Virus record (IMG/VR): IMGVR_UViG_3300032731_001278
Span: 1 to 58,096 of that record
Strand: one strand, 5' to 3'
Length of the DNA stretch: 58,096 bases
Origin: a virus
Taxonomy: Duplodnaviria > Caudoviricetes
A model generated the notes under the pieces. The model worked only from the letters and a program-made list of their open reading frames with translations. It was not told where the DNA came from and made no database searches. Shown piece by piece: positions 35,828 through 44,956 of this stretch (position 1 is the first letter of the stretch; the number at the start of each line of letters is the position of its first letter). A program made the position numbers and the translations under genes.

Positions 35828-36157
35828 CTACCCACTTCGATACTTCTCCGGAAACGGACAATCAGCGCCCCGTCGAATGAACGGGTGTTGACCACCTTCG
35901 ACGCAGCACTCTACGGCAAACGTGGTTCCAGCCGATACCGGAATGGCGTGAACTTCCCCTGCGTTCGAGCACGTTTCGCACTTCTTTTGTTTCGCGCTAG
36001 ACTCTTTTTTCTTTAACCTATTACGCTTCGCTATCTCATCATCCAACGCGTCGGCTAGTAACGACACGTAGTCGTGATCTTCCGGCTCTACGCACACCTC
36101 GTCGCGTAGGAAATAGTAAGCTTCTTTTTGTTCATCCGTTAAGTTGTTGAGCGCCAT
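35828..36157 (-). CDS. Hypothetical Cys-rich protein
   Basis: GGAGG RBS before MALNN. Confidence 0.55.
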   Translation of the reverse strand: MALNNLTDEQKEAYYFLRDEVCVEPEDHDYVSLLADALDDEIAKRNRLKKKESSAKQKKCETCSNAGEVHAIPVSAGTTFAVECCVEGGQHPFIRRGADCPFPEKYRSG

Positions 36158-37368
36158 TGTTCCTCCCGATACTTCTCGATCAACTGTTCTACTCGGTCTT
36201 CGTTGAATTCGACGTTTGCCCACGCCTCGAGTACGTGAATCACCTCGTGCATGATGTTCTCGGCGACGAAGTACGGAACCTCATCCTTTTCGATTCCACC
36301 TTGTTCGACAACCGCGAGCGTCGATCCAAGATTCAAGACGACGTGAGCCGGCGCCCCTTCTTTGAGACTACCGTCGTCGAGGTACGCGGCGAGCCCAGGG
36401 ATCCAATCTTGTTGGAATACTTCGATGGAGATTTCTTTAAGCTGAATCGGACGCCATAATGAACGTGTTCCGTCGGGTGATTCCCAACAAGCTTCCAGCG
36501 AATGACAACCTGGATACCCTTCGCCAGGAATGCTCCTTCCGCAATTTTCGCATCGTTGCTGTTTGACTACTTTAGCGGGCTGGGCTGCGCGTGGGGCAAG
36601 CGTCGTGCCACAGTCGAGGCACATGTCCATCTCTGCGCGTCCATCGTCCTGGAATCCGCCGCTTGCGATGTGCCCACCGCACCCACAACGCTCCACGTCC
36701 TCCTTCGTCGGCGTGATGGCGACGTAAAGGTTTGGTGTATCGCACCTGAAGTCAGGCGAGCCTATGAGACCGTCCGGGTTGCAGGCGCATTTCATTCCGA
36801 GAGTTGGTTCGCTAGCCTCGGCAATTGACTCCACACCAGCCGCGTAAACCTCGCACGTGGAACACTGCGGGGCTTTGTCTCGCGTGGCTTTAATGCCCGG
36901 TATAGCGGGCATGATGAGTAAGTAACTTGAGTGGCACTCCCAGCACAGAAGGCGCACAACGCCGCCTCTATCCTGTCTGTGAAGCTCGGAACCGCATCGC
37001 CAACACTTCTCGCACGTCGCCCCATGAAGAATCTCCAGTAACGCAGCTTCGTTACAAAGATCTTGATAAGGAATGAGTTTGCGGATCACAGCCTCTAGTT
37101 GCTCCACGCGCACTCGTAGTTTTTTAGATTCAACACGGAGCCCCGCCGCTCTTTCGATCAGTACACCTTCCGCTCTTGCGCCACGCTCGATTTCTTTCAT
37201 TAGTTGCAGTTGCGCTTCTTCAAAACCGGCGACAACTTGTTCGTACCGTTCCAGCACCGCTTTCTTAAGCTCTACGATACGTTCGAGTTGATCGTCGGCG
37301 TCGTTGTTGTTGTACGCAAGACCAAGTTCACCAAGTAGGCCATCGAATGACATTTCGGATTCAGTCAT
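36139..37368 (-). CDS. Modular protein: coiled coil, several CxxC modules, C-terminal HExxH domain
   Basis: CEKCWRC, CWEC, CSTC, CLDC, CENC; IMHEVIH. Confidence 0.6.
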   Translation of the reverse strand: MTESEMSFDGLLGELGLAYNNNDADDQLERIVELKKAVLERYEQVVAGFEEAQLQLMKEIERGARAEGVLIERAAGLRVESKKLRVRVEQLEAVIRKLIPYQDLCNEAALLEILHGATCEKCWRCGSELHRQDRGGVVRLLCWECHSSYLLIMPAIPGIKATRDKAPQCSTCEVYAAGVESIAEASEPTLGMKCACNPDGLIGSPDFRCDTPNLYVAITPTKEDVERCGCGGHIASGGFQDDGRAEMDMCLDCGTTLAPRAAQPAKVVKQQRCENCGRSIPGEGYPGCHSLEACWESPDGTRSLWRPIQLKEISIEVFQQDWIPGLAAYLDDGSLKEGAPAHVVLNLGSTLAVVEQGGIEKDEVPYFVAENIMHEVIHVLEAWANVEFNEDRVEQLIEKYREEQWRSTT

Positions 37369-37571
37369 GAACTTTTCTTCCTAAGTATCGTTCGCGCCGG
37401 CCACTTACGCTCTACGAGCAAACCTGTTGTGTAGGCTATGCAAGCAAGTACACCTAGTATTGCATGTTGCCACGTGGCGTTGGGCGTTACCGCAACAAAT
37501 AGAATACCCGATAACAGCGCGGACCCGATCCCAAAGCATACGGTCAACACGTTATGGATTAGTAAGCTCAC
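37365..37571 (-). CDS. Small two-TM membrane protein
   Basis: Hydropathy; ATGA overlap. Confidence 0.5.
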   Translation of the reverse strand: MSLLIHNVLTVCFGIGSALLSGILFVAVTPNATWQHAILGVLACIAYTTGLLVERKWPARTILRKKSS

Positions 37572-37577
37572 GTTATC

Positions 37578-38195
37578 TCAGATCTCGTCGAGATTAAGCG
37601 CGGCGGGAAATACAGACTTGAAGACGGGGTGGTGCGTCACCATGATGATCTGCCGTCCCGTCAACTTCTGAAGCGTGTCGATCGTCCAGGCCGTCGCTTC
37701 AATCTGCTGTTGCGACACCATTCGAGTCGGCTCGTCGAGCACCAACGGCCCACTAGCACCCGACTCCTCGAGATACGCCATCCGCAAAGCAAGCGCCGCC
37801 ACGTCGACGGTACTACCACCCTTGCTGAACAACGGGTCGAGCGCTTCGTGGTTTTCTTCGTTGGTGATAGCGCAGTAAGCAAACGTGCCGTTCTTCTTCT
37901 CCTCGATGACGATCTCGAAGCCGTAGTCATCACCGAAGACGGGTCGAAGGGCTGCGCCAGCCACGCCTTCAAAACGTGCCTTCACACCTTGCCTAGCCTC
38001 GTTGGCGGCTTGCTCAACCAGCATCGAAGACATCCGCGCTTCTTTCTGCTGTAGTTGAAGCCTTTCAACTTCTGCGGTTTGCTCTTCGATTCGGTCGCTG
38101 ATCAACTCGCACCGACCCTGGCCAGCTGCCACCTGACCGTGTAGTTCGTAAACCGTGTCGTTTAGTTCTGTAAGATTCATGGTTACTTCCTTCAT
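37578..38195 (-). CDS. SbcC/Rad50-like ATPase, C-terminal half
   Basis: Coiled coil, signature-like SKGGS..DV..LALR, Walker B LVLDEP, H-loop MVTH; no Walker A. Confidence 0.85.
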   Translation of the reverse strand: MKEVTMNLTELNDTVYELHGQVAAGQGRCELISDRIEEQTAEVERLQLQQKEARMSSMLVEQAANEARQGVKARFEGVAGAALRPVFGDDYGFEIVIEEKKNGTFAYCAITNEENHEALDPLFSKGGSTVDVAALALRMAYLEESGASGPLVLDEPTRMVSQQQIEATAWTIDTLQKLTGRQIIMVTHHPVFKSVFPAALNLDEI

Positions 38196-38210
38196 GTAGA
38201 TTCTAGCAGC

Positions 38211-39449
38211 TTAGCAGAACAAATGCCCCGGTTCACCAGCATAACCACCAACCTCTGGCAACTTTTCAAAAGTTTGCAAGCCGCAAACTTTCAAATCCGC
38301 TGAAAGTTCTTCAAGCTGTTCAAACAAAGTCGTCGGTTGGTCCGGATCTAGGAACTGGCCACCAAACCGTTTACGTACGAAATTCCCCGCCGCCGTTACG
38401 TTTCCTGGATTCTCCAACCACTTCCGCAAGAAGGGTACGACGTTCCGAAGGTGCGGCGCTTTAGTCACCGCCCAACGTAAAGCGTTCTTGACCGCTTCGA
38501 TGATTACCAACCGACCGAGGTGGCTAAACTCCTTGAAGATTCTTCGAACCTCTTTGCCGTGATGGTTGATGGTTGGGCATTTGATGAGGAATTCGTCGAT
38601 GGTCCGTACGTCTTTGAGGTTTTCGCCGATGGATTGAGTAGTCAAACTTCTTCCTACCGGCCTCCTTGAAACTTTGACGGAAGATTTTGGGGAACCCATT
38701 TCTTTTTGCTGGCGCGAGCCAGCAAGACGAAGAAGACCAAGAAAGTAACTGTTCTTCAACTTAGTTTTAGTTCTACTACATCTGAAGAAGTTAGAAGAGG
38801 ATACAGAAGTAGAAGTATCTTCCCCCGCGTGCGGAACTATATGACGCCCCTCTGGAATGGGGCCTTTGTCGTCGTCGAGGGGTATGCCGCTTGCTACGTT
38901 TTTTGGGAGACCGGTAGGGGTGTAGAAACGTCCCTCGTGCCGGATAACTAACCCTAAACTAAGCAGTCCGCGACCATCTTTTCGATCGTTGAGGGCGCGG
39001 GCAACTGAGGTACGATGCATCCCAACCACCTTAGCGAATCGGGTGGTGTTGGCTTGAACGCCTTCGTAGAGTTTGAAAAACAACCACACGCGGATTTGTT
39101 CTTGGCTGCAATTTTGTATGTGATTGATTTCCCAACGGTAAGCGAACAGCATTTCACCGCGCATGTTGGGTAGGTAGCTACCGTTACCGATCTTTCGAAG
39201 AATCTTCTTGTTGGTGAGCGTTCGAAGAACCGACATAGCTTGTGGGCGGCTGTAACCTGACTCAGCCATAAGCTTCTTGTAGTGTAGTCGGTATTTTTGT
39301 TTGAAGTTACTGAAGGCAAGTAGTGCAAGTACGATGGCTGACTTGGGTAACTTTTTGATGTTTTCAAAAAGTGTGACGTTGATTTCGACGATACCGTTTT
39401 CAGGTAACTCGCCACCGGTAATCGTGACTACGTGATTAGGATTTGACAA
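38211..39449 (-). CDS. Tandem winged-HTH DNA-binding/initiator-like protein
   Basis: Two HTH-like segments (KKLMAESGYSRPQA..L..L..K.IL; FAKVVGMHRTSVARAL); DnaD-C-like PFLRKWLEN; TTLFEQLEELSAD near the end. Confidence 0.6.
   Translation of the reverse strand: MSNPNHVVTITGGELPENGIVEINVTLFENIKKLPKSAIVLALLAFSNFKQKYRLHYKKLMAESGYSRPQAMSVLRTLTNKKILRKIGNGSYLPNMRGEMLFAYRWEINHIQNCSQEQIRVWLFFKLYEGVQANTTRFAKVVGMHRTSVARALNDRKDGRGLLSLGLVIRHEGRFYTPTGLPKNVASGIPLDDDKGPIPEGRHIVPHAGEDTSTSVSSSNFFRCSRTKTKLKNSYFLGLLRLAGSRQQKEMGSPKSSVKVSRRPVGRSLTTQSIGENLKDVRTIDEFLIKCPTINHHGKEVRRIFKEFSHLGRLVIIEAVKNALRWAVTKAPHLRNVVPFLRKWLENPGNVTAAGNFVRKRFGGQFLDPDQPTTLFEQLEELSADLKVCGLQTFEKLPEVGGYAGEPGHLFC
38269..38291. repeat. Dyad repeat copy 7 (spacer AAGCC)
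   Basis: Directly follows the LSAD codons of the 412-aa ORF. Confidence 0.95.
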
Positions 39450-39540
39450 GAGAACAGACCTACCTCTGAGGTAAACGATCAGAGGTGGTCGGTGTGCGTC
39501 TTGCGACGCGAGGTAGGACTTACCCGAACGGGTATGATTT

Positions 39541-39569
39541 ATCCTAACTCGTCTTTACGTGGACGTCAA
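39541..39569 (-). promoter_or_regulatory. Sigma70-type promoter (proximal)
   Basis: TTGACG-17nt-TAGGAT. Confidence 0.55.
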
Positions 39570-39689
39570 CCCCGTAAATGAACGCACCTATCCACCAGAA
39601 ATTCGTTTAATCATCGTTGCTTGGAAATCATTTCCCCGTATGGGATCTCGCTAGCGCGGGACGTGTTTACCGAATGATCGCCAAGAAGA

Positions 39690-39719
39690 ATCGTAGATCA
39701 ATTTCGATCTAAAAGTCAA
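39690..39719 (-). promoter_or_regulatory. Sigma70-type promoter (distal)
   Basis: TTGACT-18nt-TACGAT. Confidence 0.55.
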
Positions 39720-39720
39720 T

Positions 39721-39779
39721 CAAAAGAAACCTCCCCGAACCTTAAATCGCTGAGGGAGGCAACGACGGATTCGGGGAGG
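39721..39779 (-). terminator. Large-loop intrinsic terminator candidate after the RNase H gene
   Basis: CCTCCCCGAA/TTCGGGGAGG stem followed by TTTCTTTT on the minus strand. Confidence 0.5.
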
Positions 39780-39802
39780 CGCCTGCTCGGACTGATTTGA
39801 TT

Positions 39803-40309
39803 CTAACACTTCGCCGTAACCGACGGCAGTAACTCCTCTTCGTACTCCCCACAACCATCCCGCCACGCGCTAGCCCAACTGTCAGCTAAGTCGTTCAAAT
39901 TATGTGCTCCTCCTTGATGTCCTTTTACGTGAGTAAACTTTACAGTGTGACGGTCCACCGCCGCTATCAACTTCATCCACAAATCCGAATTCTTGACGTC
40001 TTCACCCTCTTGCGTCTTCCAATCCCACCGCTCCCACTTCCACACCCATTGTGTAATCCCCATCACGACGTATTGGGAGTCGCTGTAGACCCGGACGCGA
40101 CAGCCGGTCTTTAGCGCGTTCAGACCCATGATCGCGGCGGTCAGCTCGGCTCGGCTACTCGATGTCTCCTGTAGGGAGCCGTAGACGACCTTACGGATGT
40201 CTATAGGGCCCTGTTCGAACACCAAGATCGCCGCCCAGCCACCTGGCTTACCTTTGGTGGTTCCTGAACCGTCGGTCCAGATAGCAACTTCGGGGAGTTT
40301 GTTTGGCAC
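39803..40309 (-). CDS. rnhA: Ribonuclease HI
   Basis: WTDGS, GGWA, RAELTA, YSDSQYV, KNSDLW, HVKGH, NDLAD. Confidence 0.93.
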   Translation of the reverse strand: MPNKLPEVAIWTDGSGTTKGKPGGWAAILVFEQGPIDIRKVVYGSLQETSSSRAELTAAIMGLNALKTGCRVRVYSDSQYVVMGITQWVWKWERWDWKTQEGEDVKNSDLWMKLIAAVDRHTVKFTHVKGHQGGAHNLNDLADSWASAWRDGCGEYEEELLPSVTAKC

Positions 40310-40319
40310 GATTAGAGAG

Positions 40320-40433
40320 TTACCATTTCTTAGAGAGCCAGCGCATACCGAACCACGCGATAGAAAAGGAGATAGGAATCGCAAGTACGAGTCCGATTAA
40401 CCACCCAACAGAGAACGCTACCAGGACTTCCAT
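40320..40433 (-). CDS. 37-aa single-TM protein
   Basis: MEVLVAFSVGWLIGLVLAIPISFSIAWFGMRWLSKKW, TGATG-coupled. Confidence 0.45.
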   Translation of the reverse strand: MEVLVAFSVGWLIGLVLAIPISFSIAWFGMRWLSKKW

Positions 40434-41254
40434 CAGTAGCCCACCAACGTTGGTTTGTGGTGGTACGGTTCGCCGGGTCGGTCGTTTACGAATGCTGCGC
40501 CGTCATAATTCACCTCGATCAAACATTTCTCGGCGTAGTGACCGCGAACGTGCGGTCCTTCTTCTTGTGGGTATCCTAACGGATTGCAAGCCATCAGCGT
40601 TCTACCGATTCTTCGGTGAGTACGGTCGTGGCTATGACCACACAGCCAAGCCTTCGGTCGCCACCTGTAAATCTCGTTCGTTAGGTCCGTCACGAAATAG
40701 TGGTTGATTGAGCTTGTCTTAAACCGCGGTGACGCACAAAGCGCGGACGGAACGTGGTGCGTAACGATCGCGTCAGCCTTCGGTCCTTCTTCACGTAGGA
40801 ATTTCATAGCTTTGTAGTGTTCATCGTACACCCACGGCTCAAAATCCTTGATGAGGTGAAAGTCGTTGATGTGGAACCGGTCCACCATCACGAGCGGGTC
40901 AGTGGGTTTTGGGAACCACAGCGGCGTACCGGCGAATCGGACGCCGTTCAGCTCGATGGTGCTGTTATGTAACCAATGAAAGTTGTTGATGTCTTGATCT
41001 AGATCGTAAAGTAACGCGTGGATTTGCGTGGGCGAAGACCCGTAAAAATCGTGGTTACCACATACGAAAATGACCTGTGGATACACAGAGCAGAATGAAA
41101 GTAGCGAGTTGACTAGTCCGCGTTGGTCGCTATGGAGATCTCCGGCGACGACGAGAACATCAACGCCTGAAGGATCGAGTGATTCCAAGAAAGCTTGACC
41201 GCCGTCAGCGTGAAACTCGAGATGGAGATCACTGAGGAGTTGAACGACTGTCAC
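40433..41254 (-). CDS. Calcineurin-like metallophosphoesterase
   Basis: SDLH, AGD, GNHD, THH, GHSH, NPLGYP motifs. Confidence 0.9.
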   Translation of the reverse strand: MTVVQLLSDLHLEFHADGGQAFLESLDPSGVDVLVVAGDLHSDQRGLVNSLLSFCSVYPQVIFVCGNHDFYGSSPTQIHALLYDLDQDINNFHWLHNSTIELNGVRFAGTPLWFPKPTDPLVMVDRFHINDFHLIKDFEPWVYDEHYKAMKFLREEGPKADAIVTHHVPSALCASPRFKTSSINHYFVTDLTNEIYRWRPKAWLCGHSHDRTHRRIGRTLMACNPLGYPQEEGPHVRGHYAEKCLIEVNYDGAAFVNDRPGEPYHHKPTLVGY

Positions 41255-41547
41255 GGTTTGTCCCCGTAACCCAAGCTTTTCCTGTTTCGTCCGAAAGTTT
41301 CCCGATCGATCTCGGCGTACCAAAGCAATCGATAATACCGCCAGTGAGCATCCGGACCGTTGATGGGCGAACCGTTGTCTACCCAAGCGTCATGACCGTG
41401 TTTTTCGTTCAGTTTTCGTAAACGATCGATAGGATGGTCTGCGCAAATAACCGCGTTTTCTCTGTGGTTGTAGTCATTCGCCACGCCGGTAGCGCTGATG
41501 AGATCCGCCTCGAAAACAACAAACCAGTATTTCTGAACGTTACTCAT
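41251..41547 (-). CDS. Hypothetical protein
   Basis: Overlap-coupled ORF. Confidence 0.55.
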   Translation of the reverse strand: MSNVQKYWFVVFEADLISATGVANDYNHRENAVICADHPIDRLRKLNEKHGHDAWVDNGSPINGPDAHWRYYRLLWYAEIDRETFGRNRKSLGYGDKP

Positions 41548-41717
41548 GATTTTTCCTCGTCTTCCTTCTCATCTTCGTCGGGCGTTACGGTGACGTGTTT
41601 GACGGACACGAGCGGCTCCCATCCGACGCTCACCCAGAACACCGTCCAGGCGGCGACAGTGAATAGGCTACCAGCCCAGAAGGGATACTCTGCACAAGCT
41701 TTGAAGAATTCATTCAC
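41544..41717 (-). CDS. Small single-TM protein
   Basis: GAGGAG RBS before GTG; hydrophobic helix and acidic tail. Confidence 0.45.
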   Translation of the reverse strand: MNEFFKACAEYPFWAGSLFTVAAWTVFWVSVGWEPLVSVKHVTVTPDEDEKEDEEKS

Positions 41718-41727
41718 GATCTTCTCC

Positions 41728-42114
41728 TCACCACTCGAAGTGGAATTCAGTCTCGAGCGTGTAGCGAATATCTTCTCCAAGCTCCTTGAGGATTGCTTCA
41801 ACCACGATCAGCTTGCGATGTAGATGCATCCGGTGACGAATCTTACGCCGCTTCAGGCCGTACAGCGCCTCATCCTTGGTGGCCGCGACGAAGATACAGG
41901 TGAAGGGGTACCAGGTTAGACCCTCCTTCTCGTCGGGATATCGCATGTCGATGTTGCCCGAAGGATGTCGGTTGACCCAAGCACCCTTTGGGGTAAGCCG
42001 TACCACTATATACTCGGCGTAGTTGATCCGCGGCACGCTAGACCCGCCGTAGTAGTGACCAGCGTAGGCGCGGTACAGGAGGGTGCCTGGAATGGCGTTG
42101 GTTGGGATGGTCAT
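41728..42114 (-). CDS. Hypothetical phage protein
   Basis: LYR..V.RLTPKGAWV..TK.EAL..LKRR pattern. Confidence 0.6.
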   Translation of the reverse strand: MTIPTNAIPGTLLYRAYAGHYYGGSSVPRINYAEYIVVRLTPKGAWVNRHPSGNIDMRYPDEKEGLTWYPFTCIFVAATKDEALYGLKRRKIRHRMHLHRKLIVVEAILKELGEDIRYTLETEFHFEW

Positions 42115-42293
42115 GGCTTCTCCGGACGCTCGAGATTTTCTAGGAACTCTAACCATTGTTGGTCTGTGGATTCCGAGCAACGTCTCTCGTCGCCGAGGTA
42201 GTCGAACCACAACTCACCGGATTTATGGAACATTGCCCAAAAGGCCGCCTTGATCTGCTCGATGGTGTAGATCTTGCCCTCGTTATTCTTCAT
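42111..42293 (-). CDS. Hypothetical protein
   Basis: ATGA overlaps. Confidence 0.55.
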   Translation of the reverse strand: MKNNEGKIYTIEQIKAAFWAMFHKSGELWFDYLGDERRCSESTDQQWLEFLENLERPEKP

Positions 42294-42598
42294 CTTCGAT
42301 TCCTTCGTTGATGTCGTCGCTGGATGTCGTCCAGGAAATCCTGATTGGACAACTCCTTGCGTGGCTTCTCTTCGGCTGTGTTGTCCTCACCCTCGCTGAT
42401 GGAGTAGGTGGCGTCGACGATGGCGCTCTTGTTGACCGTGACCAGGTACGTGGGCTCACCGTCGTCCCCCACGCGGAACTCGCATGTGACGGTCTTGTCG
42501 TTGCAAGTGTGCGGGCAACCGGGGTGTTCTTCGTCGATTATGAGGCCGCCGCATTGGCCGTCTTGCTCGTGCGGGCAGTTGGTGCCGTAGTAGTTCAT
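42290..42598 (-). CDS. Hypothetical Cys-rich protein
   Basis: ATGA overlaps. Confidence 0.55.
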   Translation of the reverse strand: MNYYGTNCPHEQDGQCGGLIIDEEHPGCPHTCNDKTVTCEFRVGDDGEPTYLVTVNKSAIVDATYSISEGEDNTAEEKPRKELSNQDFLDDIQRRHQRRNRR

Positions 42599-42840
42599 GT
42601 CCCAGACCCTCTTTGTTTACGATTGAGTACCCACGGACAGCTTTTGCGCTGGTGCTGTATGGTTCCGAAGATGTCACCGAGATCTATTTGGACGACCACT
42701 TTACCGCACTCAGGACATAGAACCCCGCCCGGTGCGTAAATGCGGTTTGATATTCGGCCGGCAGCTTCTAGCTGTACCTCGGATCGTTTATCCAAAACTA
42801 GACGCAGTAAGTCGCTCTTGAAAAGTTCTTGTTGGTTCAT
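42595..42840 (-). CDS. Hypothetical zinc-finger protein
   Basis: CPEC..H..C; first gene after a promoter. Confidence 0.55.
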   Translation of the reverse strand: MNQQELFKSDLLRLVLDKRSEVQLEAAGRISNRIYAPGGVLCPECGKVVVQIDLGDIFGTIQHQRKSCPWVLNRKQRGSGT

Positions 42841-42867
42841 TACATAACTTCCTCGTTGTTGTTTAAC

Positions 42868-42897
42868 GGTGTATCACAACGGTTAGCTAACTGTCAA
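42868..42897 (-). promoter_or_regulatory. Sigma70-type promoter with TTAGCTAA box
   Basis: TTGACA-18nt-TACACC; 42883-42899 is identical to 4366-4382 (17 bp). Confidence 0.6.
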
Positions 42898-42907
42898 GTA
42901 CTACCTA

Positions 42908-43516
42908 CTACTCTTCTTCCGGTCCGTCTACGCCGAACTGATCCTTCATGATTTCCACCGCTTCCTCGAAGGCAGCCGCCCCGTCGTTTCGGCGCTCCTT
43001 CAACGTGGTCTTTTCGGGCCACCCGAGCGCACGGCGTGTGGTTCTATCGGCCTCGTCGGCCACGTATTTATTAATGCCTTCCTGAAGCTCACTTGCAATG
43101 ACGGGCGCGGGCTTGAGCTTTCTCCAGTCAGCCGCTTCTCGAATCTTTTTAGACCACGACCGAAGCGTTCGCCTGGTTTCTAGATCGAGATGGCCGCAAC
43201 CATCAATCATTTCATCGCATTCAGCGAGCACGTTTCGCAGCGCTGCTTCAGTAGCAAACAGCCGCTTCTCGATGTAGTTAATGAGCGCTTCCATGTTGTG
43301 CGGCAATCCTTCGTCGTACGTGACGAACGCGCCGTCTTCATCGGCGGAAACGTATCCCTCGAAGCCGCACTCTTGACAGTTGGCGGGGTCGCCATCACCA
43401 GCGTACCAACCCGGTTCTTCGTCAACGTTTTGATCGGCGTTCGTGTAGATCGTCAGTTCCGATCCGCAAACCGGACAATCTTCGAAGCTTGGTAGCTCGT
43501 GCTTGAAATTTTTCAT
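42908..43516 (-). CDS. Zinc-ribbon hypothetical protein
   Basis: CPVC..CQEC; ATGA overlap. Confidence 0.6.
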   Translation of the reverse strand: MKNFKHELPSFEDCPVCGSELTIYTNADQNVDEEPGWYAGDGDPANCQECGFEGYVSADEDGAFVTYDEGLPHNMEALINYIEKRLFATEAALRNVLAECDEMIDGCGHLDLETRRTLRSWSKKIREAADWRKLKPAPVIASELQEGINKYVADEADRTTRRALGWPEKTTLKERRNDGAAAFEEAVEIMKDQFGVDGPEEE

Positions 43517-43776
43517 TGTTCCATTGCCACGCGAAGACTTCGCTTCGCTTTTGCGAACTTGCAAGCCACAGCGTGCGTGGTAGAAGCTGGCGCCCCACAA
43601 AAGATACACCCCATGTACAACCCGTGTTCTTTTTCACCCCAGCGGTCGTCAACGGGGATGGATAACCAATTGATAGACGCCTCTCCGTGATCGATCCAGG
43701 CGCAACCGTCCCAGTTTCCGATAACGTTGTAAGAGTTGATTAGCGCTTTTTCGATTTTAGAAATAGCTGATGACAT
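43513..43776 (-). CDS. Hypothetical protein
   Basis: CIFC..H..C. Confidence 0.5.
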   Translation of the reverse strand: MSSAISKIEKALINSYNVIGNWDGCAWIDHGEASINWLSIPVDDRWGEKEHGLYMGCIFCGAPASTTHAVACKFAKAKRSLRVAMEQ

Positions 43777-43779
43777 GGT

Positions 43780-44955
43780 TTATCCCTTCACGACCGCCAA
43801 AGGCGTAAGCCGATGCTTGATTTTTACGAGATCCTTCTGTAGTCCCATCACGTGTTCGATGTCTTTGTAGGCACCGGGCGCTTCGTCTAGATCCTTCTCG
43901 CTACGAATGGAGTGAAGAATACCGGCGTCGTCGAGCGCTTTCGTTTCCTCTTCGAAATCAAGCTCTCGAATCGCTTGCTTTCGACCCATAACCCGACCGG
44001 CGCCGTGGCTACACGACTTGAAGGAGTGGATATTACCAAGCCCTTCAACGATGTAGGACGCCGTTCCCTGCGATCCGGGGATGATACCTTGTTCACCTTC
44101 CTTAGCCGACGTCGCGCCTTTGCGATGGACGATCACGTTGTGGCCGAAGTGATGTTCGATCGCCGCGTAGTTGTGGGCGATGTTGATCGGTTCGCTAAAC
44201 AGGATGGGGCCGAGAACGTCGGTGAGAATACCTCGAATCACTTCCATCATCATGAGGCGATTTTGAAGCGCGAATTCTACGCAATAATTCATTTCCGCTA
44301 GGTAGTCGTGCGCCTGTTTGCTTTCCATGGACAGGAAAGCTAGATCCCACTTGATCGGAACCGTGGAATAGTACCTGGCATTGAGCACCTTCGCTACGTT
44401 GTTGTGGTGTTTTGCTACTTGCAAACCAAGGTTTCGACTTCCGCTATGGATCATGACCCAAAGGAAGCCGTTTTCGTCTTCTTGCAATTCGATAAAATGG
44501 TTTCCGCCGCCGAGTGTTCCGAGCTGGTAGCGGGCCTTTTCGAACTCGCGAACCACGATACCGTCGTCGTTAATTCCACCCGGCGCTGGCATCTGATCCC
44601 ACGGGCATTGTTCTTTTTGGTGATTGAAACCGACGGGCACCGCTTTGCAAATCAACGACAAGATTTTCTTCAGCAAGATCCGACCGTCGACGGTCTTCAA
44701 CGTATCGGCTTGCACGTTTGCGCGAACAGCAGCCATTCCGCAGCCGATGTCGACGCCGACGCAATTCGGAATTACGACACCCAGGGTTGCTAGAACGCCG
44801 CCGATAGGCATCCCGTAGCCCATATGGCAATCAGGCATGAGCGCGACGTGGTGGAACGCGAACGGAAGCTTCGTGAGGTTTTGCGCTTGCGCCATGGCGT
44901 TGTCGTCAACTTCGTGGAGCCAAAAGCTGATAGGGATGGGCATAGTTTCTGACAT
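43780..44955 (-). CDS. rtcB: RtcB family RNA ligase
   Basis: MPDCH, GVDIGCG, GTLGGGNHFIE, HSGSR, HN, HRKGAT, PGSQG, SHGAGR, DEAPGAYK. Confidence 0.95.
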   Translation of the reverse strand: MSETMPIPISFWLHEVDDNAMAQAQNLTKLPFAFHHVALMPDCHMGYGMPIGGVLATLGVVIPNCVGVDIGCGMAAVRANVQADTLKTVDGRILLKKILSLICKAVPVGFNHQKEQCPWDQMPAPGGINDDGIVVREFEKARYQLGTLGGGNHFIELQEDENGFLWVMIHSGSRNLGLQVAKHHNNVAKVLNARYYSTVPIKWDLAFLSMESKQAHDYLAEMNYCVEFALQNRLMMMEVIRGILTDVLGPILFSEPINIAHNYAAIEHHFGHNVIVHRKGATSAKEGEQGIIPGSQGTASYIVEGLGNIHSFKSCSHGAGRVMGRKQAIRELDFEEETKALDDAGILHSIRSEKDLDEAPGAYKDIEHVMGLQKDLVKIKHRLTPLAVVKG

Positions 44956-44956
44956 T

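Noticed and set aside
44411-44426. Degenerate dyad TTTGC-TACTT-GCAAAC inside rtcB
   Set aside because: Outer arms are missing; plausible by chance.
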